Assembly: GCA_963845565.1 (NCBI GenBank)
Contig: CAWJSJ010000004.1
Coordinates: forward strand, 192,001-256,000
DNA length: 64,000 bases
Reading direction: 5' to 3'
From: an uncultured Methylomirabilota bacterium
Lineage (GTDB): Bacteria; Methylomirabilota; Methylomirabilia; Methylomirabilales; 2-02-FULL-66-22
Numbering within the stretch: the first letter of the stretch is position 1; every line of letters starts with the position of its first letter. Below are positions 39,440 to 50,971 of the stretch, piece by piece. Both the position numbers and the translations under genes were made by a program. The notes beneath the pieces were generated by a model. It was not told the DNA's origin. It did no database searches and saw only the letters and a program-made list of their open reading frames with translations.

Positions 39440-42010
39440 ATGCCAAACCACACACTCGACGTTCCGGGTCTCTTCCCGGACGCAAAAGATTGCCCGGCGT
39501 GCGCGGAGCGGTTGCGGAACCGGCTCGGGAGTGTCCAGGGTATCGCTGCCGTGGAACTGGATCCGCCCGGGCGCCAACTGACGCTGACGTACGATCCGGC
39601 GATCCTGTCCCTCTCGGCCCTGGAGGCGTGCGTGAAGGAAGCCGGCCTGGCGGTGACGAATCGGTTTCGCCATGCCACGCTGCGGCTCGAGGGCCTCGAC
39701 TGCCCGGAATGTGCCGGTGCGGTCGAGCACGGCGTGACCCACCTGCCGGGGGTGCTGCGCGCCGCGGCGAACTTCGCCGCGGCGAGTCTCCATGTCGAGT
39801 ACGACGCCGAGACGACGGATCTGGACCGCGTGGCGGATGCGGTGGGTCGGACGGGATACCGGGCGCTGATCCCGGGCGCGTCCTCCGACGTGGTGGTGGT
39901 GCGCGTTGCGGAGATGGACTGCCAGGACGAGGTGCGGGCGATTGAAGGGCGGCTCCGCTCTCTGCCCGGCGTGTTGTCCTGGCAGGTGAACCTGCTGGAG
40001 CGGACACTCCGCATCCAGTGCGATCCGGCCGCCGCCGGATCCGAGATGATTCTGGCGGCCATCCGCGCGCTCGGAATGACGCCGGCGCTGACCAGCCGAG
40101 CCGCCCGAGCGGTGGTTTGGTGGCGCGATCCGCTGTTGCTCTCGACCGTCGCCTCTGCCGTCTGCCTGGGGGCGGCATTCGTCGCCGACTGGCTGCAGAG
40201 CGGGCCGGCGCTCGGGCGGGTGCTGTACGCGGCAGCGCTGGGCGCCGGAGGCTGGATGGCGGCCCGCAAGGCGGCGCGGGCGATCCTCGCGCGCCGGTTG
40301 GACATGAACGTGCTGATGACCGTCGCCGTCGTCGGGGCGATCGCCATCGGCCAGTGGGATGAGGCGGCGACTGTCGCCTTCCTGTTCGCCTTGGCGCAGT
40401 TGCTGGAGACGTTCAGCCTGGATCGCGCACGCCAGGCGGTGCGGGGCCTGCTCGGGGTCACGCCGACCGAGGCCACGGTGCGCCGCGACGGGCAGGAAGC
40501 GCGCGTCCCGGTGGCGACGGTGCGCCCCGGCGAGATGATTCTCGTCCGGCCGGGCGAGCGGGTCCCGCTGGACGGCATCGTGCGGGCCGGGGTCTCCGCC
40601 GTGAATCAGGCGCCGATCACCGGGGAGTCCCTCCCGGCGGAGAAGATCCCCGGCGCCCAGGTCTTCGCCGGCTCCATCAACGGGGAGGGGGCCATCGAGG
40701 TGGAGGTGACCCACCCGGCGCAGGAGACCATGCTGGCGCGCATCATCGCGCTGGTGGAGGAGGCCCAGGCGCAGAAGGCGCCCACCCAGACGCTGGTGGA
40801 GCGGTTTGCCGCGATCTACACGCCGGCCGTGATCGCCGGGGCCGTTCTCGTCGCCGCCCTACCGCCGCTTCTCTGGGCGGAGCCGGCCTGGCCCTGGATC
40901 TACCGTGCGCTGGTCCTGCTCGTCATCTCGTGCCCGTGCGCCCTGGTGATCTCGACGCCGGTGGCGGTCGTGTGCGGTCTGGCCCGGGCGGCGCGCCTGG
41001 GCATTCTGATCAAGGGGGGACGCATTCTCGAAGCCCTCGGCGGGCTCAGAGCCATGGCCTTCGACAAGACCGGGACGCTGACGCGGGGCCGGCCGACGGT
41101 CGCCGAGGTGCGGCCCCTGGCGGACCTCGACACCCGGGAGGTGCTTCGCTTGGCGGCCGCGGTGGATGCCCTGTCGGAGCACCCGCTCGCCGGCGCCATC
41201 CTGGCCGCCGCCCGGGAGCGGGGAATCGTCTGGCCATCGGCCACAGAGTTTCGGGCGGTGCCTGGGCGCGGAGCCAGGGCCAGCGTCGGCGGGATCACGT
41301 ATCACCTTGGCAGTCACCGCTATGCCGAGGAGCTGGGGGTCTGCAGCGGCGCGATTGAATCCGTCCTGCGCGACATGGAGGCCCGGGGGCAGACTCCGGC
41401 CATCCTCAGCGACGGCGTCCAGGCGCTGGGCGTCCTCGGCGTCGCCGACCAGATCCGCGCGGAGGCGCCCGACGCACTGGCCGCTCTCCGCCGCCGCGGC
41501 ATCCGACCGCTCGTGATGCTCACCGGGGACGTGGTGGGGACGGCGGAGGCGATCGGGCGGCAGGTGGGTACCGATCTGGTGCGTGCCGAGCTCCTTCCCG
41601 ACGAGAAGCTGCAGGCGATTCACGGCCTGGCGCAGCGCCATGGCACCGTCGGAATGGTGGGAGACGGGATCAATGACGCCCCGGCGCTGGCCGCCGCGAC
41701 GGTGGGTATCGCGATGGGGGCGGAGGGGACCGATGCCGCGATCGAGACGGCAGACGTCGCGCTCATGCGGGATGACCTCCGGCAGCTCGCCGTGGCCGTT
41801 AGCCTCGGGCGACGAGCCTCGCGGATTATCAAGACCAACATCGCGCTCTCGCTGACGACGAAGGCCGTCTTTGTTCTGTGCGCCGTGCTCGGCCAGGCAA
41901 CGTTGTGGATGGCCGTTGCCGCCGACATGGGTACATCGCTGGTCGTCATCGCGAACGGCATGCGGCTCCTGCGACACGGTCCGCGCGAGGCCATCGCCAC
42001 GTTCCCATGA
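39440..42010 (+). CDS. P1B-type heavy-metal ATPase (ZntA/CadA-like) with three N-terminal HMA domains
   Basis: DCPAC, GLDCPEC, MDCQDE, TGES, SCPCAL, DKTGTLT, SEHPL, GDGINDAP, ADMG. Confidence 0.93.
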   Translation: MPNHTLDVPGLFPDAKDCPACAERLRNRLGSVQGIAAVELDPPGRQLTLTYDPAILSLSALEACVKEAGLAVTNRFRHATLRLEGLDCPECAGAVEHGVTHLPGVLRAAANFAAASLHVEYDAETTDLDRVADAVGRTGYRALIPGASSDVVVVRVAEMDCQDEVRAIEGRLRSLPGVLSWQVNLLERTLRIQCDPAAAGSEMILAAIRALGMTPALTSRAARAVVWWRDPLLLSTVASAVCLGAAFVADWLQSGPALGRVLYAAALGAGGWMAARKAARAILARRLDMNVLMTVAVVGAIAIGQWDEAATVAFLFALAQLLETFSLDRARQAVRGLLGVTPTEATVRRDGQEARVPVATVRPGEMILVRPGERVPLDGIVRAGVSAVNQAPITGESLPAEKIPGAQVFAGSINGEGAIEVEVTHPAQETMLARIIALVEEAQAQKAPTQTLVERFAAIYTPAVIAGAVLVAALPPLLWAEPAWPWIYRALVLLVISCPCALVISTPVAVVCGLARAARLGILIKGGRILEALGGLRAMAFDKTGTLTRGRPTVAEVRPLADLDTREVLRLAAAVDALSEHPLAGAILAAARERGIVWPSATEFRAVPGRGARASVGGITYHLGSHRYAEELGVCSGAIESVLRDMEARGQTPAILSDGVQALGVLGVADQIRAEAPDALAALRRRGIRPLVMLTGDVVGTAEAIGRQVGTDLVRAELLPDEKLQAIHGLAQRHGTVGMVGDGINDAPALAAATVGIAMGAEGTDAAIETADVALMRDDLRQLAVAVSLGRRASRIIKTNIALSLTTKAVFVLCAVLGQATLWMAVAADMGTSLVVIANGMRLLRHGPREAIATFP

Positions 42011-42288
42011 GACGCCCGGCGACGTCCACGTGCGCCGCTGGGTGTTGTGGGAAAACGGAAGCCGGAGACTGACCCCTACGCGCCGATTCTGGGCTCCCGT
42101 CGGCAGTGCAGCGACGGGGTTGCATACGGGAGGATGTTACGCCATCCGGCCGCGTTCGTTCGCGCGTGTTACACGCCCCTGGTTGTGTGTTATCCTTTGT
42201 TCCGCTGGCGGCCATGGCAGCCCGCCGCCCTCGGGATTCGGTGGCCGGTCGGTGGAGTGACAGCCGGAGCGTTCCATGAGAGAGTCCC

Positions 42289-43629
<1,341 letters not shown>

Positions 43630-43633
43630 GTCC

Positions 43634-44551
43634 GTGGTCAGACACGTACTCGTTCCCCTGGACGGCTCGGTGCTGGCCGAGGCGGCGCTGCCGGCCGCCG
43701 CCGCGACCGCACAGGCCTTCGATGCCCGCGTCACGCTGTTCCATGTCCTGGAGGAGTGGGCGCCGGACACCGTGCATGGACATCCGCATCTCACGGGGGA
43801 GGCGGAGGCGCGGACGTACCTGGACGCCGTCGCGCAGCGGCTGGCGTTTCGCGATCGGGTGGTGGAAATCCATGTGCATGGCATCCGGACCGAGAACGTG
43901 GCGGATTCCATCATGGCCCATGCGGATGAACTCGGCGCCGACCTGGTCGTGCTCTCGACGCATGGGCAGGGGGGACTGAAGGGGTTGCTGGTCGGCAGCA
44001 TCGCCCTCCGGGCGCTTGGCCGGGGACGGACCCCGATCCTGCTCGTCAACCCGACGCCGGACGGCAGCGCGCCGCGGTTCGCGTGTCGCAAGATCCTGGT
44101 GCCCCTGGACGGCTCCGAGACCCACGAGCCTGCGCTGCCGGTCGCCTCCCGGTTGGCCCGCGGCTGGGGGGCGGCGCTGCACCTGGTGGTCGTCGTGCCG
44201 ACGGCGGGGACCCTCTCGGGTCACCGGGCGGCCGCCGGCCTCCGGATGCCCATGGCGACCCGGGCCATGCTGGAGATCGCGGAGCAGGATGCGGCGGTGT
44301 ATGTGAAGGGATTGGAGTCGCGATTGTCTGTCGAGGGCCTGGCGACGACTTCTTCGGTCAGCCGGGGGGAGCCAGTGACCGCGATCCTGGAGGCGGCGAA
44401 GGCCATTGACGCGGATCTCGTGGTGATGGCGACGCATGCCCGGGGGGCGCTGGAAGGCTTCTGGTCCGGCAGTCTGACGCCCAAGCTGATGCAGCGGCTG
44501 GATCGGTCGATCCTCTTGGTGCGGGCGGAAGGGCACGACGAGGCGCGATGA
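43634..44551 (+). CDS. tandem-domain universal stress protein
   Basis: two LVPLDGS repeats; ADLVVLSTHG, GSIA. Confidence 0.92.
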   Translation: MVRHVLVPLDGSVLAEAALPAAAATAQAFDARVTLFHVLEEWAPDTVHGHPHLTGEAEARTYLDAVAQRLAFRDRVVEIHVHGIRTENVADSIMAHADELGADLVVLSTHGQGGLKGLLVGSIALRALGRGRTPILLVNPTPDGSAPRFACRKILVPLDGSETHEPALPVASRLARGWGAALHLVVVVPTAGTLSGHRAAAGLRMPMATRAMLEIAEQDAAVYVKGLESRLSVEGLATTSSVSRGEPVTAILEAAKAIDADLVVMATHARGALEGFWSGSLTPKLMQRLDRSILLVRAEGHDEAR

Positions 44552-44604
44552 TCGCCACCTCGGCGGGGTGTGGCGAAACGGCGACTGTCAGGGAGGAACG
44601 CAGC

Positions 44605-45105
44605 GTGCGACGGAGACAATTCATCGGGTTGATGGCGGCGGGGATGGTCGGTGGGTTGGCGCGGATCGGCGCGGCGGTGCCGCCCCCGGTCGGGAAGCCG
44701 GCGCCGGAGTTCAGCGTCACCTTGACGGATGGGCGGACGGTCGCCCTGAAGGACTTTCGAGGGAAACCGGTCCTGGTGAACTTCTGGTCCTCGGGGTGAC
44801 CGCACTGCCAACGGGAGTCTCCCGTTCTGTCGGCACTCTATGAGCGGTACAAGGGGAAGGGGTTGGTTGTCCTTGGCATCAACGCCCAGTGGGACAAGGA
44901 GCAGCTCGTCCGGACATTCATGGAGGTCTACAAGGTGACCTACCCGGTGGGGCGGGACGCGACCGGGACGATCGGCAAGCTGTACGACGTGGACGGGACG
45001 CCCACCAGCCTGTTCATCGACAAGGCGGGGCGACTGGTGGAGCAGCACGTGGGAGGGCTGAGAGAGGCGGAGTTCCAACAGCGGATCGACGCCCTCTTGA
45101 AATAA
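44605..45105 (+). CDS. TlpA/ResA-like redoxin, predicted selenoprotein (UxxC)
   Basis: GGAGG plus GTG; RRQF Tat-like signal; GKPAPEF...GKPVLVNFWSSG-TGA-PHCQRE...VVLGIN...YPV...GTPTSLFIDKAG, all in one frame through TGA 44797-44799. Confidence 0.85.
44806..44835 (+). promoter_or_regulatory. bacterial SECIS-like hairpin
   Basis: TGCC-AACGGGA-GTC-TCCCGTT-CTGTC-GGCA; loop G lies 18 nt after the UGA. Confidence 0.7.
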
Positions 45106-45149
45106 GCGCCCGAGTAGAGGTAGCACTCCGCCCAACCTTGCGGAGCACG

Positions 45150-45185
45150 GACGGGATTCCGATGGCCGGGATCCCGTCTTTTTTT
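45150..45185 (+). terminator. intrinsic terminator
   Basis: GACGGGATTCCG-ATGGC-CGGGATCCCGTC followed by T7. Confidence 0.85.
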
Positions 45186-45552
45186 GCGTCGGGCGCGCCT
45201 CGGACCGAGGGAGCAGTCGTGCGGACCGGGATCGTGGGCGCCGGAGCGGTCGGGTTCCGCATCGGTCGAGGGATTCGGCGAGACCGAGACCAAGTTGTCC
45301 GGAACTCGAACCATCTGACCTTCTCGGGACTTTTTTTTCGGGAGCGGCTGTGCTAGGGTCTGACCGCTTTCGCGAGGTCGGTAGGTCTCCGCAGCCGTCG
45401 GGACGGCCGCGGAGGAGGCGGGATCGGACGGATCGAGCCCAGAACCCAGCCGCTGCGCCGGATGTTCCGCACGCTCCTCGGCGGGTCCATTAGCCCGTTC
45501 CCCCATCCCAGTGTGGTTGTTCCGATCGGTCTCCTCGCCGAGGAAGACGCGC

Positions 45553-47877
45553 ATGCCCCAACTCGAACTCCTGCTTCCCGCCATCGTGTTCATCCCCTTC
45601 GCTGCCGCCGTGCTTGCCCTGTGGCTCGGGCGGTTCGCGGGGCAGCGGACGGGCATCCTGATGGTGCTCGCCGCCGCCGCCTCGTTCCTCGGATGCCTCC
45701 AGGTCGTGACGGCCGGTGCATCCCTCGGTTTCACGCGCGAGTGGATTCCCGGCATCAACGTGGTGCTGAGCTTCCGGGGAGACCCTTACGGATGCTTCTT
45801 CGCCCTGTTGATTTCGGGCATCGGTACCCTGGTGGGATTCTACTCGCTGAGCTACCTTCCCGCCTTGGCGCCTGCCCGCGTCAGTCGCTACTACGCAGCG
45901 CTGTTGGCCTTCATGGGGGCCATGCTCGGCGTGGCGCTGGCGGACGACCTGATCCTGCTCTTCATCTTCTGGGAGGTCACCAGCCTGACGTCCTTCCTGC
46001 TGATCGGTTTCTGGTACGAGCAGGAAAAGGCCCGGAAGGGTGCCCTCACGGCTCTCCTCGTCACCGCCCTGGGCGGTTTGACAATGATGATCGGCTTTAT
46101 CATCGTTGGAACGACGACGGGGAGCTTCAGCCTCCGCGCCTTGACCGAACAGGCGGCGCTCCGGGACCGGCTTGTCGGGTCGCCGCTCTTTGTGGCGGCG
46201 CTGTTGCTGATCGTGCTCGGCGCCATGACCAAGTCGGCCCAGTGGCCGTTCCATTTCTGGCTGCCGGGGGCGATGGTGGCCCCGACCCCGGTCTCCACCT
46301 ACCTTCACGCCGCCACCATGGTGTGGGCGGGCGTCTTCCTGCTGGGGCGGTTTCTGCCCATCTTCGGGACCTCGCCCGCGTGGGCCGGCATCCTGGTGCC
46401 CATCGGCCTGGCGACGTTCTTGCTGGGCGCAGTGGAGGCGTTCCTGGACACCGACCTCAAGGGCATCCTGGCCAAGACCACCGTGGCGACACTGGGTTTG
46501 GTCACCATGCTCTACGGTCTGGGCGCGGCTGGGCAGGACGCGTTGCAGATGTTCTCCCACGCCATGTACAAGGGGGCGTTGTTCCTGGTGGTGGGGATCG
46601 TGGAACATGCCACCCACACGCGGGACATCCGCGACCTGGGCGGTTTGCGGCATAAGATGCCGGTCACGTTTTTCCTGTGCGTTCTGGGCGCGCTGTCGCT
46701 GGCAGGCGTCTGGCCGACCTTCGGTTTCCTGGCCAAGGAGGCGCTGTACGCCCAACTCTTGGCCGGGACGCCGCTGTCCGGTTGGGTCCCATCCTGGCTG
46801 CTGCTGGCCCTGACCGTGCTTGCCAACGCGCTACTCTTTGCGGTGGCCTGCCGCCTGGTGTTTGGGGTGTTCTTCGGCGCGCCCACGGAGGCGGCCAGGC
46901 ATTCCCACGAGGTCGGCCCGGGTCTCTGGCTGTCGCCAATGGTCCTGGCCGGCCTATCGCTTGGACTGGGAGTGCTTGCCCCGGCCACCAGCACAATCGT
47001 CAGCCACTTCTCGTCGGGTCCCGGCACCCGGCTCACGCTGACCCTGGCGCCGGATCATCTCGGGCCGGTCCTCTTATCGGTCGGCACCTTCCTGCTGGGA
47101 TTCGGCATCTACCGCGGACGGGCCGTCCTGGGACGGATGCGGAGCAGCGCACCGGGCGCGCCCACGATGCAGGCCCTCTGGGACAAGGGTCTGGACGCCG
47201 TCACAGCCGCCGCCATCGGCTTCAGCGTGCGCTGGCAGAGCGGCTCGCTCCGGTGGTATCTCGCAGGCTCGCTCGCCTTTACGGTGGGGCTCTCGGCCCT
47301 GGCGCTGCAGCGGGCGGGAATCTCCGTGTTCCAGGTGCCGATCAACCTGCAGGAGATGACCTGGTACGGCCTGACCCTCTGCGGGATGCTGGGCTTCACG
47401 GCGGTGATGGTGGCCCGCTCGACCACGCGGGTGGGGGCGGCCATCGCGCTCACCTCCAACGGGTTCCTGACGGCGCTGCTCTTCGTGGTGTACCGGTCGC
47501 CGGATATCCTGCTCACCCAGATCCTGATCGAGACCGTCTCGACCATCTTCCTGCTGCTGATCTTGTACTACCTGCCCGTCTTTCGGCCGGAGGGCCTCCC
47601 GCCCATGCGCCGATTCGTGAACGTGGCCGTGTCGGTGGCGGTGGGCGCGACGATGTTCAGCTTCATCATGCTGTCCACCAGCCCCCAATTCCGGGAATTG
47701 AAGAACCTGGGCATCGATTATCTGACCCGCTCCATGGCGCAAGCCGGCGGCGCGAATGCGGTCAACGTGATCATCGTGGACTTCCGGGCCATTGACACCA
47801 ACGGGGAGATCACCGTGCTGGTCCTGGTGGGCCTCCTGGTGTACGGCCTGCTGCGGACGCGGAGGAAATCGGCATGA
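45553..47877 (+). CDS. mrpA: Mrp Na+/H+ antiporter subunit A
   Basis: FWEVTS, TKSAQWPFHFWLPGAMVAPTPVSTYLHAATMV, NAVNVIIVDFRAIDT. Confidence 0.95.
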   Translation: MPQLELLLPAIVFIPFAAAVLALWLGRFAGQRTGILMVLAAAASFLGCLQVVTAGASLGFTREWIPGINVVLSFRGDPYGCFFALLISGIGTLVGFYSLSYLPALAPARVSRYYAALLAFMGAMLGVALADDLILLFIFWEVTSLTSFLLIGFWYEQEKARKGALTALLVTALGGLTMMIGFIIVGTTTGSFSLRALTEQAALRDRLVGSPLFVAALLLIVLGAMTKSAQWPFHFWLPGAMVAPTPVSTYLHAATMVWAGVFLLGRFLPIFGTSPAWAGILVPIGLATFLLGAVEAFLDTDLKGILAKTTVATLGLVTMLYGLGAAGQDALQMFSHAMYKGALFLVVGIVEHATHTRDIRDLGGLRHKMPVTFFLCVLGALSLAGVWPTFGFLAKEALYAQLLAGTPLSGWVPSWLLLALTVLANALLFAVACRLVFGVFFGAPTEAARHSHEVGPGLWLSPMVLAGLSLGLGVLAPATSTIVSHFSSGPGTRLTLTLAPDHLGPVLLSVGTFLLGFGIYRGRAVLGRMRSSAPGAPTMQALWDKGLDAVTAAAIGFSVRWQSGSLRWYLAGSLAFTVGLSALALQRAGISVFQVPINLQEMTWYGLTLCGMLGFTAVMVARSTTRVGAAIALTSNGFLTALLFVVYRSPDILLTQILIETVSTIFLLLILYYLPVFRPEGLPPMRRFVNVAVSVAVGATMFSFIMLSTSPQFRELKNLGIDYLTRSMAQAGGANAVNVIIVDFRAIDTNGEITVLVLVGLLVYGLLRTRRKSA

Positions 47878-48287
47878 CAGGCGACCCGATTCTTCGCACG
47901 GTCTCGCGGTTCGCCGTGCCGTGGACCGTGTGGGTGTCCATCGTGATCTTCATGCAGGGGCACAATATGCCCGGCGGCGGCTTCGTGGCCGGCGTCATGG
48001 CGGGCGCGGCCGGGGCCATGTATCTACTGGCCTTCGGGACGGCGAAGGCGGCGCGGTTCCCCTGGTGGAAGGTGTCGGTGACCGGGTTGTTGATCTCCGT
48101 GACCACCGGGACGGTACCCTTCCTGATGGGGCGCCCGTACATGCAGCACGCCATCTGGCATTTCGACCTACCCGTGATCGGGCTCTACGAGTTGCCCACG
48201 GCGACGTTCTTCGACCTCGGGGTGTACCTCATCGTGCTGGGGACACTGATGACCGTCTTCGTCGAACTGGCCCAGGAGGGACGCTGA
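47874..48287 (+). CDS. mrpB: Mrp antiporter subunit B
   Basis: GHNMPGGGFVAG, FDLGVY. Confidence 0.93.
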   Translation: MTGDPILRTVSRFAVPWTVWVSIVIFMQGHNMPGGGFVAGVMAGAAGAMYLLAFGTAKAARFPWWKVSVTGLLISVTTGTVPFLMGRPYMQHAIWHFDLPVIGLYELPTATFFDLGVYLIVLGTLMTVFVELAQEGR

Positions 48288-48784
48288 TGGAACTGCCGAT
48301 GGCGGTGGTCATCGGGGTGCTGTTCGCCGCCGGCACCTATCTGATCCTGCGGCCGAACCTTCTCCGGGTGGTCATGGGCTTCGGCCTCTACTCGAACGCC
48401 ACCAACCTCCTGCTGATCACCGTGGGGGGGTACACCCGCGACAGCGGCGCCCCGTTCGTCGGGGCCGACCCCAAGACCGCCGCGGGTCTGATGGACCCGC
48501 TGCCGCCGGACATCATCCTGACCGCCATCGTCATCAGCTTCGCGGTCAGCGCGCTGATGCTCACCATCTGTTACCGGGTGTACCGGGACCACGGGACCGA
48601 CAACCCCCAGGAACTGCCGATGGACGATGATTACACGCAGGCAGGGGAACTGGTGTCCGTTGCCCTGGCGCACGGGGGTGACGGGAGCGGGGTAGCTGCC
48701 GGCCCCGTCCGACTCCTCGGGGTCGGCGAGGGGCGGCGGGGGGCCAAGCGGCCCGCGCCGAAGCAGAAAGCGAAGCGCCGATGA
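48287..48784 (+). CDS. mrpC: Mrp antiporter subunit C
   Basis: DPLPPDIILTAIVISF; TGATG coupling to mrpB. Confidence 0.9.
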   Translation: MELPMAVVIGVLFAAGTYLILRPNLLRVVMGFGLYSNATNLLLITVGGYTRDSGAPFVGADPKTAAGLMDPLPPDIILTAIVISFAVSALMLTICYRVYRDHGTDNPQELPMDDDYTQAGELVSVALAHGGDGSGVAAGPVRLLGVGEGRRGAKRPAPKQKAKRR

Positions 48785-50352
48785 ACAGCCTGATCCTCGC
48801 CATTTTGATCCCGTTCTTCACCGCCCTCGTCCTGGCGCTCTTGAACGGCTACCGCCGGCTGGAGAAGGCGGTGGCCCTCTGCTCCAGTCTGGCCCTCACG
48901 GCCTGGGTGTTCTGGCTCCTGTTCTACGTGGATGCGCACGGCGTCCAGGTGGTCGTCGTCGGCGGCTGGATGGCGCCCTGGGGTGTGGCCTTCGTCGCCG
49001 ACCGGCTGACCTGCATCATGCTGTGCCTCTCCTCCGGGCTCGGGATGCTGGTGCAGCTCTACTCTTTCTGGACCGTGACGGACGAGCAGCAGCGCTACTT
49101 CTTCTACCCCCTGATGCAGGCCATGCTGCTGGGCGTGAACTGGTCCTTCATCACGGGAGACGTCTTCAACCTGTTCGTGGCGTACGAAGTGATGCTGATG
49201 GCCTCGTACGGGATGATGATGGTGGGGGCCAGCCCAGCCCAGGTCCGTCAGACGCTGAAGTACATCGCCATCAACAGCATCGGGTCCACGCTCTTCGTGG
49301 CGGGCTGCGGCGTGGTGTACGCCACCGTCGGCACGCTGAACATGGCGGACCTCGCCGTCCGCACCGCCCAGATCACCGGCCAGCGGGCCGGGATGGTCAC
49401 CGCGGCCTCCATGCTCCTGCTGGTGGTCTTCGCCCTGAAAGCCGCGACGTTCCCCTTGATCTACTGGCTGCCGGATTCCTACCCGGTGGTGCCGGCGGGC
49501 GTGAACGGTTACTTCGCCGGGATCCTGACCAAGGTCGGCGTCTACTCGCTCCTGCGGGTCTTCGTGCTGTGTTTCCGGCAAGAAGGGCACCAGTTCGCGC
49601 TGGACGTCCTGCTGTTTCTCTCCGGTCTCACCATGCTGCTGGGGGTGCTGGGCGCCATGTGCCGCTGGGACATCCGTCGGATCCTCTCCTGGCACATCAT
49701 CAGCCAGGTCGGCTACATGGTGATGGGGATCGGTCTGGCGGGCAGTCCGGACCCGCGGGTGGTGCAGTTGGCCGTGGCCGGCACCATCTTCTATGTGGTC
49801 CACCACATCGTGGTGAAGTCGTGCCTGTTCCTGGTGGGCGGCATCGCGGAGCGGGTGAGCGGCTCCCAGCACCTGAAGCAGATGGGCGGGATTCTGAACG
49901 TGGCCCCGGGCGTCGGCGGCCTCTTCATCGTCGCGGCGCTGTCCCTGGCCGGGATGCCGCCGTTCTCGGGCTTCCTGAGCAAGTTCGTCCTGGCGCAGGC
50001 CGGCCTGGCCGGCGGCAATTACGTGGTCGTCTCCATCGCCGTAATCACCAGCTTTCTCACGCTGTACTCCATGAGCAAGATCTGGTCGTATGCCTTCTGG
50101 GGCGAGCGGCGGCAGGAGAAGGCGCCGGTGGGATACCGAGGGATGATGGCGCCCACGGCGGTCCTGGTCGCCTTCACCATCGCGATGGGTCTGTTTGCGC
50201 AGCCATTCCTTGGGCTGGCCACGCGCGCGGCGGAAACGATCACCAAGCCGGACGAGTACATCCGGGTCGTCCTGAGCGCGAAACAGAACCGGCTGGCCGA
50301 GATTCCTCGTCCGTCGGCCCAGGTGGTCGCCCGTGCCGGGGAGGAACGCTGA
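48781..50352 (+). CDS. mrpD: Mrp antiporter subunit D
   Basis: GDVFNLFVAYEV, WLPDSY, LTKVGVY, LAGMPPFSGF. Confidence 0.95.
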   Translation: MNSLILAILIPFFTALVLALLNGYRRLEKAVALCSSLALTAWVFWLLFYVDAHGVQVVVVGGWMAPWGVAFVADRLTCIMLCLSSGLGMLVQLYSFWTVTDEQQRYFFYPLMQAMLLGVNWSFITGDVFNLFVAYEVMLMASYGMMMVGASPAQVRQTLKYIAINSIGSTLFVAGCGVVYATVGTLNMADLAVRTAQITGQRAGMVTAASMLLLVVFALKAATFPLIYWLPDSYPVVPAGVNGYFAGILTKVGVYSLLRVFVLCFRQEGHQFALDVLLFLSGLTMLLGVLGAMCRWDIRRILSWHIISQVGYMVMGIGLAGSPDPRVVQLAVAGTIFYVVHHIVVKSCLFLVGGIAERVSGSQHLKQMGGILNVAPGVGGLFIVAALSLAGMPPFSGFLSKFVLAQAGLAGGNYVVVSIAVITSFLTLYSMSKIWSYAFWGERRQEKAPVGYRGMMAPTAVLVAFTIAMGLFAQPFLGLATRAAETITKPDEYIRVVLSAKQNRLAEIPRPSAQVVARAGEER

Positions 50353-50699
50353 TGCTCCGCAGAATCTCGTATGCCGTGATCTACTTCTTCAAGTTCATGA
50401 AGGAGTTGACCATGGCCAACTACCAGGTCGCCAAGCTGGTCCTGTCTCCCTCGGCCAAGCTGAAGCCGGGCTTCATCGCCGTGCCGCTGACCGCCGTCAG
50501 CGACTTCGAGATCACCAGCTTTGCCAACTCGATCACCCTGACACCGGGGACCATCTCGGTGCACGTCTCCGACGACCGAAAGGTCATCGTGATGCACGCC
50601 ATCGACGTGGGGGATGACCTGGACGGACTGCGGCAGGCCACCAAGGATTCGTTGGAAGCTCCCATCTTGCGCTTCACCCGGGAGGAGCGCCGATCATGA
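50352..50699 (+). CDS. mrpE: Mrp antiporter subunit E
   Basis: ANSITLTPGT. Confidence 0.92.
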   Translation: MLRRISYAVIYFFKFMKELTMANYQVAKLVLSPSAKLKPGFIAVPLTAVSDFEITSFANSITLTPGTISVHVSDDRKVIVMHAIDVGDDLDGLRQATKDSLEAPILRFTREERRS

Positions 50700-50971
50700 G
50701 CCTGTTTCTCGTCGTCGTCCTGAAGGTCTGCTTGGCGACCCTGCTGCTGAGCGGTATTCTCTGCCTGTATCGGATGTGGATCGGCCCCAAGGCGGCCGAC
50801 CGAGCCGTGGCCTTCGACAGCCTGGCCGCCGTCTTCATTTGCGTGATCTGCGTGCTCTGCATCCAGTGGAACTCGGTCCTGTACTTCGACGCGGTGTGGA
50901 TCCTGATGCTGGTCGGCTTCCTGGGGTCGGCCGCCATCGCCATGTACCTGGAGAAGGGGCGGGTGTTCTGA
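50696..50971 (+). CDS. mrpF: Mrp antiporter subunit F
   Basis: GPKAADRAVAFD; three hydrophobic segments. Confidence 0.92.
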   Translation: MSLFLVVVLKVCLATLLLSGILCLYRMWIGPKAADRAVAFDSLAAVFICVICVLCIQWNSVLYFDAVWILMLVGFLGSAAIAMYLEKGRVF

